Shown: one piece after another, positions 23,660 to 31,177 of the stretch
How the letters are laid out: each line of letters starts with the position of its first letter
Position numbering within the stretch: the stretch's first letter is position 1
Assembly (NCBI GenBank): GCA_963704755.1
Contig: OY969938.1
Span: 1,050,001-1,082,000 of the forward strand
Length of the DNA: 32,000 bases
Source of the DNA: an uncultured Chloroflexia bacterium
GTDB lineage: Bacteria; Chloroflexota; Anaerolineae; Anaerolineales; Anaerolineaceae
Direction: 5' to 3'
Program-made: the position numbers and the translations under genes
Notes under the pieces: model-generated
Database searches by the model: none
Seen by the model: the letters and a program-made list of their open reading frames with translations, nothing else
Told to the model about the DNA's origin: nothing

Positions 23660-24756
23660 TTTCGATCTTCTCCCTGTAGTTTGCGGGCGATTTCCACAAT
23701 CTTCGGAGAGGATGCAGCCAAAACGGCCAGAATCGCCAGTACACGCACCAGGTCAACTAACTGAGCAGGCAGCTTGGCGATTGCTTCCATAGCAACTGCC
23801 CCTGTCTGAAGACCGGAGAAAAACAACGCGGACAGGCCAACGATGAAGGGCTCAAAACCACCCAACAACGCCACCGCAATAGCGTCATAACCCGTATTGG
23901 GTGCGAAACCAGAAATCAACCGGGTCTGGTAACCCAGGATTTCAGAGGCTCCGGCCAGGCCAGCCAGCGAACCGCTTATAAAGAAAGCTAATAGGAATAC
24001 CTGATCTGAACGAATACCCGCATGGAAAGCAGCAACCGGGTTTTGCCCGACGATGCGCACTTTTTGTCCCAGGGTGGTATAGCGCATTACAAAGAACATG
24101 ATCAGCATGGCCACAACCGCGATCACCAACCCCAGGTGCAATTGCGTATGTGGGATCAGTTTAGGATACATCGTGTTGCTCACCACCGGCCATGAGGTTG
24201 GCGCATCCGTGTGCCCGCCGGACTTGATCGGCCCGGAGACCATGTAATCAACCAGGTAAATCCCGATGTAGTTCAAGAGAATAGTGGAAATAATTTCGTT
24301 AGACCCGTAGCGTATCTTTAGAAACGCGGGGAACAATGCCCACAACCCGCCGGCAACAAAAGCCGCCAGGGTGGCTAAAAGCATATGTAAAGGACCAGGC
24401 AGATTTGGAAACTTGCCAGCCACGATAATCGCGGCTAATGCGCCTGCATACATTTGCCCAACTGCACCGATATTGAACGCTCCCGCTTGAAAAGCAAATG
24501 CGATTCCCAAACCGCATAATAAAAGCGGGACGGCTGTTTTCAATGTCTCAGATGTTTGAACGAGATTCCCAAACGAACCTTGCCAAAGTGCTTGATAGGC
24601 CGTAATCGGGTCGAAACCCATGAGGATCATGATAACGGCACCGATAAGAATTGCTATGAGAATCGACAATAAAGGCAATCCAATACTTGCAAAGGGCAGA
24701 CTAAACCTGGCTTTCTGCTTCAATGGTCTTAGAGTCTCGCTAAATTCTTCCGACAT
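23653..24756 (-). CDS. ABC transporter permease (BPD_transp_2 type, NupP/RnsC-like)
   Basis: Polytopic ORF. I prefer ATG 24756 (MSEEFSETLRPLKQKARF...) with GGAGAA 6 nt upstream. The track TTG 24819 would read through the GC hairpin at 24786-24808. Confidence 0.86.
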   Translation of the reverse strand: MSEEFSETLRPLKQKARFSLPFASIGLPLLSILIAILIGAVIMILMGFDPITAYQALWQGSFGNLVQTSETLKTAVPLLLCGLGIAFAFQAGAFNIGAVGQMYAGALAAIIVAGKFPNLPGPLHMLLATLAAFVAGGLWALFPAFLKIRYGSNEIISTILLNYIGIYLVDYMVSGPIKSGGHTDAPTSWPVVSNTMYPKLIPHTQLHLGLVIAVVAMLIMFFVMRYTTLGQKVRIVGQNPVAAFHAGIRSDQVFLLAFFISGSLAGLAGASEILGYQTRLISGFAPNTGYDAIAVALLGGFEPFIVGLSALFFSGLQTGAVAMEAIAKLPAQLVDLVRVLAILAVLAASSPKIVEIARKLQGEDRKW

Positions 24757-24785
24757 AAAAGTTCTCCAGGCTTCCGTGAGACGAA

Positions 24786-24808
24786 GGGTGCGGGGCAGGC
24801 CCGCACCC
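24786..24808 (-). other. GC-rich intra-operon hairpin between the binding-protein gene and the first permease gene
   Basis: GGGTGCGGG (24786-24794), loop GCAGG, CCCGCACCC (24800-24808). There is no U-tract on the transcribed (minus) strand, so it looks like an mRNA-stabilising or processing hairpin rather than a full terminator. Confidence 0.5.
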
Positions 24809-24828
24809 TTTTCAATCAAAACAATTAA

Positions 24829-25899
24829 TTATTGAGATATAGTGAAGCTTAGTTTGCCAGCCAGGTAATCGTTGATGGCGGACTGAACTTTGTCCTGAAC
24901 ATCCTGGGGAACGAAGTCGCCCCATTGGCCCATCTTCTGGGTGCCTTCAGCGAAACCGCTGATGAAGGTGGTGTTCCCTTCCAGTTTACCGGCCAGGAAC
25001 TGCTGAGCAACTTCCATGTACACACCGGGGATATCCTGGACGCCGCTGGTGATGACGGTATCGGGAGCCAGCGCGTAGTTATCGCCACTCCAACCGCCGA
25101 TGACCATTACGCCACTGTCCTGGGCCAGTTTGATGGCCGGAGGAGTGAAGGCATCGCCCATGATGACGAGAACATCGACACCGCGGTCGATCTGGGCCTG
25201 AGCAACCTGCTGGCCCTTGACCACATCGTCCCAGGAACCCACGAAGGAAACGTTCACATCAGCGTCGGGATTGACAGCCAGGGCGCCAACCGAAATGTTG
25301 TCGGAATCGGCAGTAACCTGGGGAGCATCTTCAGCAGCCACGACACCGATTTTATTGTTTTTGGTCATCAAACCGGCAGCCATACCAGCGAAGTAACCCA
25401 GCTCACCGAATTTGAAGTTGGTACCAACAATATTGTTGCCGGCCGTGGTGGCGTTGATCTGGACGAACATGATGTTCGGGAAATCCGGAGCAACAGCAGT
25501 CAGAGCATCACCCCATTCATAACCATGAACGAAGATGAGGTCATAACCTTGTTGCGCATACTGGCGCAGCACGTTCTGCTGCTGGGCAGCGGCTACATTT
25601 TCGGAATAAGCCATTTCCCAACCGAGTTTGTCGTGGATTTCCTGGACGCCTTCCAGAGCTAACTGGTTCCAACCATGATCGTTGGTCGGGCCCGAGGTAA
25701 CCATGGCCACTTTGTAGGTTTTACCCTCAGCGGTCGGCACAGCCGTGGAATTCGACAATGCCAGGGTCGGTTGTGCAAGGCTTGCGACTGTGGGAGCAAC
25801 AGCTTCTTGCGTCGGGGTAGCTGCCTGCGAGCAACCAAACATAGCGATCGCAGCAATTACGAAAATCAGCGAAAGTTGAACCAACTTGTTGAATTTCAT
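24829..25899 (-). CDS. BMP-family (Med/PnrA/TmpC-like) ABC substrate-binding lipoprotein
   Basis: Signal peptide with lipobox AMFGC, then an A/P/T-rich linker. MVTSGPTNDHGWNQ is the BMP-type motif. GGAGAGAGA RBS on the minus strand directly upstream of the ATG. Confidence 0.9.
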   Translation of the reverse strand: MKFNKLVQLSLIFVIAAIAMFGCSQAATPTQEAVAPTVASLAQPTLALSNSTAVPTAEGKTYKVAMVTSGPTNDHGWNQLALEGVQEIHDKLGWEMAYSENVAAAQQQNVLRQYAQQGYDLIFVHGYEWGDALTAVAPDFPNIMFVQINATTAGNNIVGTNFKFGELGYFAGMAAGLMTKNNKIGVVAAEDAPQVTADSDNISVGALAVNPDADVNVSFVGSWDDVVKGQQVAQAQIDRGVDVLVIMGDAFTPPAIKLAQDSGVMVIGGWSGDNYALAPDTVITSGVQDIPGVYMEVAQQFLAGKLEGNTTFISGFAEGTQKMGQWGDFVPQDVQDKVQSAINDYLAGKLSFTISQ

Positions 25900-26317
25900 T
25901 CTCTCTCCTATTTTCAGGTTTTGTAAAATTGGGAATTCATTGTCGTGGAATAATATGCAACCACTATCCAGCTAACCAGTTTCCAGCTAAAACGAGTTAA
26001 ACCCTCTCTCTTAATTTATCCGTGTAGCCTCCTTGAATTAAGATATGATTTCACCCGTGCGAATATCGCGGTTTGACAAGAGCTGCCTCTATACAAACCT
26101 GCTGCTGAATTCGATCCGTTGTTCCTCGGTTGTTGTTCTTAACCATGGGCAGTAAAATTTACACAAAGCTCTTACTGATAAACAAGCGGTTACCAGGGAA
26201 AACCACCCCATTTTCCGGAAGGTTAGGAATTTTGAATTTTTATTCTTCGTTTCAGTGGAATAACCTGATTTTAGCAAAAACAAATACATCTGTCAACCAC
26301 AAGTTTACACTTGTAAT

Positions 26318-26723
26318 CTATATGTTAATTGATAAATTATTTACTGAACAGTAATTTACCGTTTTTGCCGAAGATTTCCAAAACCCCATCCAATTCTCGC
26401 AGTAGAGGGTCCACCAGGAATAGTCCTCAACCCAGGCCCGGCCCATCATAGCGGGGCAATCCGGTCGATTTCCCCATATATTTTGGACAATGGCCTGGAA
26501 AAAGTCTTTTCGGAGTGAACAGGTTGTAAATATGCACATTGGGCGATTCGATGGTGCCCATATTATCAGGAATATTCCAATTCAGGTAGTTATTTATAGG
26601 AAAATACGCCCGTTCTTTGCACTTTTGTAAAATTTCCAAGAATCGAGGGGCAAGGTTACTTTTCAGCGCCGGGTAAAAGCCTATTCGTGCCATCACCCGA
26701 TTGTCCAAATCAATTTGTTCCAT
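26318..26723 (-). pseudogene. Possible frameshifted remnant of a small gene of unknown function
   Basis: Two overlapping minus-strand ORFs in adjacent frames (26427..26723 and 26318..26539) both read protein-like. They could be joined by a 1-nt shift near the A5/T5 runs at about 26509-26520 (GGAAAAAGTCTTTTCGG). The region is AT-rich. No family recognised. Confidence 0.3.
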
Positions 26724-26759
26724 TTTGAAACACGCTGCCGGCGCGCACCCTCATCCCAA

Positions 26760-26815
26760 CCTTCTCCCTCGCTGGAGAAGGCGGAAAACAATTTCCGGCT
26801 TTCGAAGCCGGAAAT
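26760..26815. other. Two adjacent short hairpins
   Basis: First: CCTTCTCC CTCGCT GGAGAAGG (26760-26781). Second: ATTTCCGGCTT TCG AAGCCGGAAAT (26791-26815). Confidence 0.6.
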
Positions 26816-27132
26816 ACGCCGGACTATCAATCGTTCGTCAATTCACCAGGCTGACAATGGTGTTCCTCGCCCAAATTGGCATTAATTCCGCCCACCTACC
26901 CGCTTCAAGTACCATTGCTCGATCATAAATATGCCAAATGTCATAATTGAAGCAGGATTAAGAGTTGTTTAGAATGAATAATGCGTTTTAATGTGGCTTA
27001 ACTATTTTCAGGCCGGCACGCATAAGAACGCTTCCCTTTGGTTCCACTCCATCGATATAAGAAAACCTGGATAGATCAATTTCTTTTTAGCTCAGGTTGC
27101 ATGCAGCATGCAGGAAAGCTCAGGCGAACTTC

Positions 27133-28113
27133 ATGATCCCTCAAATTCCTTTCCCCATCGAGAAATTACGCCTCAATCTGCTTTACCAGGATCCCATCGA
27201 ACTGGAAAAAGCTAAGGCCAGCTCGGCTGCGTCCAAGTCGCTTTCCAAAGTCAGTGAAGCCTACCATGACTTATACTTCCCCGCCCCCGCCGAGGACCGG
27301 CCATATATTTTCGCCTCGATGGTCCTCTCGCTGGACGGGAAAATGGCCTTCCCCGACAATCCCCAGGGACCGGTGGTCGCTTCGGCCAATGCCATCGACC
27401 GCGAAGGCGGGCTGACCGATTTTTGGGTCCTGAATGTGCTGCGTGCCTACGCCGACGCGATCGTGGTCGGGGCGCGCACCCTCCAATCCGAGCCGGATGC
27501 CGTCTTCTCCTGCCTGGACCACGATTTGCTGGCCGAGCGCAAAGACCTCCTGGGCAAACAACGTGAATGCCCGCTGACTATCGTGGTTTCGCTGGATGGG
27601 CAGGACATTCCCCTTAATCATTCTATTTTCTCCGTCCCTGAAGTCCAAACAATACTGGCCACCTGCCATCGCGGTGGCCAGTATTTGCAATCTCAATGTG
27701 GATCGGATGCCATGTTGATCGGCCCCTTCAACGCTATCACTGATATCGATACCGTCGAGCTGCTCCGCCAGGTCAAACAAGGTTTCCGGGCCCACAAGAA
27801 AATCGTCCTGATGACCGGCGAAAACGAACCGGACGCCCGGGTGCTGATGTACTGTCTGCGTAAAATCGGCGTTGGGCACCTGTTGATCGAATCACCGACC
27901 TACATGTGGCTCTTGATGGGCCAGGCCATGCTGGACGAATTCTTCGTCGATTACTCGACCCTTTTCATCGGCGGGTTGTTCACCCCCGGTTACAACAACG
28001 GCTTTACTTCCCTGAGCCACCCGCACAGCCGCTTCCTGGTCATCGCCATGCACCAGCACAGCTTCCTGTTCACCCGCCAGAAACTTATCTACGGCCTATC
28101 CACTCAGTCCTGA
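27133..28113 (+). CDS. RibD C-terminal domain (pyrimidine reductase / DHFR-like fold) family reductase, without a deaminase domain
   Basis: PYIFASMVLSLDGKMAFPDNPQGPVVASANAIDREGGLTDFWVLNVLRAYADAIVVGARTL is a typical RibD_C core. There is an N-terminal extension of about 60 aa and no cytidine-deaminase-type zinc motif. The start is ATG 27133, with TTG 27097 less likely. Confidence 0.8.
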   Translation: MIPQIPFPIEKLRLNLLYQDPIELEKAKASSAASKSLSKVSEAYHDLYFPAPAEDRPYIFASMVLSLDGKMAFPDNPQGPVVASANAIDREGGLTDFWVLNVLRAYADAIVVGARTLQSEPDAVFSCLDHDLLAERKDLLGKQRECPLTIVVSLDGQDIPLNHSIFSVPEVQTILATCHRGGQYLQSQCGSDAMLIGPFNAITDIDTVELLRQVKQGFRAHKKIVLMTGENEPDARVLMYCLRKIGVGHLLIESPTYMWLLMGQAMLDEFFVDYSTLFIGGLFTPGYNNGFTSLSHPHSRFLVIAMHQHSFLFTRQKLIYGLSTQS

Positions 28114-28138
28114 TCCCGGCACAGCCAAAGGAGTTGCC

Positions 28139-29557
28139 ATGGAAAATGTTGATCTGATTATCAAAAACACAACCATCGTCACGATGGATACCGCTACCTC
28201 CATCCTGCCAGACCACGCAATCGCGGTCAAAGGCAGCAACATCATCGCCATCGAGCCCAGCGCGAGCCTGCTCGAAAAATACACCGGCGCCAAAGTCATT
28301 GACGGGATCGACCGCTTTGTCTTTCCGGGTTTTGTCAACACCCACACCCACCTGTTCCAGAATGGGCTCAAGGGCCTGGGGCGAGACAAGCTTTTGTTCG
28401 ACTGGCTGGACAGTTCCGTCCGCCGCGCGCTGCGTGAAATTCGCTATGAGGATGTGTACAACGCGGCCGTCGCCGGCTGCCTGGAAAATATCCGCAGCGG
28501 CGCGACCACTGTGCTGGATTACATGTACGCTCATGGCAGCCAGTTAAGCCTGGACGATGCCGTCATTCAGGCCTTCGAAGATACCGGTATCCGCGGCATT
28601 TTGGGGCGGGCCCACACCAAGACCGAATTCTTGCCCAAAGGCAGCGAATGTGAGATCAACGAGACCGAAGATATGTTCTTCGCAGATGTTGACCGCCTGA
28701 TGGCAAAATTAGCCGGCAACGGCAGGATCTCGCTAGCCATGGCTCCCGGCATCATTTGGGATATGAGCGAAGAGGGTTACCGCCAACTCCGCCGCTATGC
28801 GGATAAATACGGCATCCGCATAACCATGCACCTGGATGAAACCGGCGAGGACGACGAATTTGCCCTGAACAAGTTTGGCGTCAACGCTGCCGAATTACTG
28901 GACCGCAACGGTGTGCTCGGCGAAGATTTTATCGGGGTTCACCTGGTCCACCTCGACCCGAAAACCATCGAGCTCTTGCAGAAACGCCAGGTCAAGGTCT
29001 CGCACAACCCGGTTTCCAATATGATCCTGGCTTCTGGGGTCGCCCCCATCCCGCACCTGTCCGAACTCGGGCTGGTGATCGGCCTGGCGACCGACGGCGC
29101 CGCCAGTAACGATACCCAAAACATGCTGGAAGTGGTCAAAACCACTGCCATCTTGCATAAATGCATCCAGCGGGATGCAACTCTCTTCCCCGCCATCGAG
29201 GTGTTGAAAATGGCCACCATCGGCGGCGCCCGTGTGGCCGGCCTGGACCACGAGATCGGCTCGATCGAGGTCGGCAAGAAGGCCGACTTCTTCCTGTTCA
29301 ATCCGCGCAACGTGGCCTGCGTCCCGGTAGCCGATCCGATTGCTTCCCTGGTGTACTCGGCCAATCCCACATCCATCGATACGGTCGTTATCCACGGCCA
29401 GGTCGTCCTGGAAGACGGCCAGTTCCGCACCGTGAATGAAGAAAACGCCGTCTACGCCTTGCAAGATTCGGCTTTTCGCCTGCGGCAGCGGGTTGGCCTG
29501 GGCTGCCAGATCAACGGCCAGGAAATAACCGTCGGGCCATTCCACAAACAGGCTTAG
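28139..29557 (+). CDS. Amidohydrolase-superfamily deaminase/chlorohydrolase-like enzyme (COG0402: guanine deaminase / MTA-SAH deaminase / TrzA-AtzA group)
   Basis: 472 aa. Metal and catalytic motifs FPGFVNTHTHLFQ (HxH), ITMHLDET (HxxE), GVHLVHL and GLATDGAASN. AAAGGAG RBS 5 nt upstream. Confidence 0.88.
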   Translation: MENVDLIIKNTTIVTMDTATSILPDHAIAVKGSNIIAIEPSASLLEKYTGAKVIDGIDRFVFPGFVNTHTHLFQNGLKGLGRDKLLFDWLDSSVRRALREIRYEDVYNAAVAGCLENIRSGATTVLDYMYAHGSQLSLDDAVIQAFEDTGIRGILGRAHTKTEFLPKGSECEINETEDMFFADVDRLMAKLAGNGRISLAMAPGIIWDMSEEGYRQLRRYADKYGIRITMHLDETGEDDEFALNKFGVNAAELLDRNGVLGEDFIGVHLVHLDPKTIELLQKRQVKVSHNPVSNMILASGVAPIPHLSELGLVIGLATDGAASNDTQNMLEVVKTTAILHKCIQRDATLFPAIEVLKMATIGGARVAGLDHEIGSIEVGKKADFFLFNPRNVACVPVADPIASLVYSANPTSIDTVVIHGQVVLEDGQFRTVNEENAVYALQDSAFRLRQRVGLGCQINGQEITVGPFHKQA

Positions 29558-29668
29558 TGCTTTCCCGGAATTCTCTTTTCGATCCAGGCGCTATCTTTCA
29601 CCAGCCGTGATTCTACAAAGATGCGCTTACCTGACCGGGGGAGGCCCCCACAGAAAATCGAGGCTTCT

Positions 29669-30358
29669 ATGACCCAATTGAACCCATTCGAACAATCGCT
29701 CGAAATCGAAGCTCGCCGCCCATTTTTGAGCAAAGGCGAGTATGTCTATCGCTTGTTGAAAGAAAAAATTGTTAACGGATACCTGGAACGGAACAAAATC
29801 TACACCGTGGTAGAAATCGCCGAAAGCCTGGGCGTCAGCCGGACACCCGTCGGCAAGTTGGTCAAGATTTTGGCTTCCCAGAACTACGTCATCCAGTTCC
29901 CAGGGGTTGGCTTCAAAGTCAAGGAACTGACCATCGACGATATCCGCGAGACCTTGATCATTTCTGGTGCGTTGGAAGAAGCTATTCTGCACAAGATCGT
30001 CAAAGATGGCAAATCGCTGTCTGCCAACCTGAAGGAAGCCATGCGCAACACCTGGTCGGCTTTCGAGGAGCAGGCGCCCGAGCTGTACACGCAGGCTTCC
30101 GCAGACTACCACAAAGCCCTGTATGCGCTCTCGGGCCTGCACCGCGTGACCGAAATCTTGAGTGAAAACATCCTGGCGCACGAGATCTGGTACCGCGAAG
30201 GTGCCATCCGCTACCCCGAACTGATTAAAAAAATGATCCTCGATCACGAGGCGATCCTGGATCTGATCCGTCACCGCGAGGACCAAAAAATTAACGGCGT
30301 AATTGCAGCCCATGTCGAAAACTGCGAGCAAGTTTTAATCAAAGTCATCAAGGATTGA
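29669..30358 (+). CDS. GntR-family transcriptional regulator with an FCD (FadR-like) C-terminal domain
   Basis: The wHTH is YTVVEIAESLGVSRTPVGKLVKILASQNYVIQFPGVGFKV. The helical C-terminal domain carries His residues (ADYHKALY, DHEAILDLIRHRE). ATG 29669 is preferred over the track start 29621. Confidence 0.85.
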   Translation: MTQLNPFEQSLEIEARRPFLSKGEYVYRLLKEKIVNGYLERNKIYTVVEIAESLGVSRTPVGKLVKILASQNYVIQFPGVGFKVKELTIDDIRETLIISGALEEAILHKIVKDGKSLSANLKEAMRNTWSAFEEQAPELYTQASADYHKALYALSGLHRVTEILSENILAHEIWYREGAIRYPELIKKMILDHEAILDLIRHREDQKINGVIAAHVENCEQVLIKVIKD

Positions 30359-30434
30359 ACCGTGGTATTTAAACCTTGTTACAGTTCAGCAGGACTTGAT
30401 CGGTAATTCAAATTTACTTTCCAAGGAGTCCGAA

Positions 30435-31166
30435 ATGAAACGCTTTCAAGATAAGGTCGCGATCGTAACAGGCGCCGGTAGAGGACTGGGGGCTCAATAT
30501 GCCAAGGACCTCGCGCGAGAAGGGGCTGTCGTTGCTATCTGGGATATCAACGCTACCAACCTGCAAAAAGTCAAGGAAGAGATCGAATCTGAGGGGGGAC
30601 GGGTGGTCACCTCGACCACCGATATCACCGATTTCAGCCAGGTTGAAGCCGCCGTTGCCGAGATCGTCCGCCAGTTCGGCAAAGTGGATATCCTTATCAA
30701 CAACGCGGCATATCACAAGGCCCAATCGGTCTTCGAAACCTCGGTCGAGGATTGGAAGAAACAGATCGACACCAATTTGAATGGCTCTTTTTATTGCACC
30801 AAAGCCGTCCTGCCTTATATGTTAGAGAAACAATACGGAAAAATCTTGAACATCGCCTCGGCGGCGGCCAAAGTTTATTTCCCCGGTTTTGGCGCCTATT
30901 CGGCCTCCAAAGCAGGCATTATTGGGTTTTCGAACGTCCTCTCCGAAGAAGTCAAATACAAAAATATCAACGTCAATTCCGTGTACCTGGGGATGACCAA
31001 CACCGAGTACACCCGCGAGCGGATCGGCAGCGATCCTTCCGTCACCATTTCGCTCAACGAAATGATGCAGCCGCCGGAAGTAGCGAAAGTGGTCCTCTTC
31101 CTGGTTTCGGACGAAGCCGCCCCCATCAAAGGCGCAGCCGTTGACGTATTCGGAAACCGCTATTAG
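30435..31166 (+). CDS. Short-chain dehydrogenase/reductase (classical SDR, FabG-like)
   Basis: TGAGRGLG cofactor motif, NNAA, and the catalytic S...YSASK. AAGGAG lies 7 nt upstream of ATG 30435. The track start 30396 is rejected. Confidence 0.9.
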   Translation: MKRFQDKVAIVTGAGRGLGAQYAKDLAREGAVVAIWDINATNLQKVKEEIESEGGRVVTSTTDITDFSQVEAAVAEIVRQFGKVDILINNAAYHKAQSVFETSVEDWKKQIDTNLNGSFYCTKAVLPYMLEKQYGKILNIASAAAKVYFPGFGAYSASKAGIIGFSNVLSEEVKYKNINVNSVYLGMTNTEYTRERIGSDPSVTISLNEMMQPPEVAKVVLFLVSDEAAPIKGAAVDVFGNRY

Positions 31167-31177
31167 GAGCGCAAAGC

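Noticed and set aside
24925-25662. 245-aa plus-strand ORF
   Set aside because: It is antisense to the BMP-family lipoprotein gene and has no recognisable motifs.
26089-26354. ORFs 26089..26289 (-) and 26130..26354 (+) in the AT-rich spacer
   Set aside because: They are short, mutually overlapping and of odd composition, with no RBS. They are likely chance ORFs in AT-rich DNA.
26341-26354. Palindrome TTACTGAACAGTAA as a possible LexA/SOS box
   Set aside because: The CTG and CAG half-sites are only 2 nt apart rather than the spacing of about 10 nt in CTG-N10-CAG boxes. It also does not match the CGAAC...GTTCG type. No SOS gene is adjacent.
25900-26430. Purine/guanine or other nucleobase riboswitch upstream of the BMP transporter operon
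   Set aside because: Reading the minus-strand leader, I could not find the conserved purine-riboswitch junction and loop sequences or any three-way junction. This cannot be excluded without a covariance-model scan.
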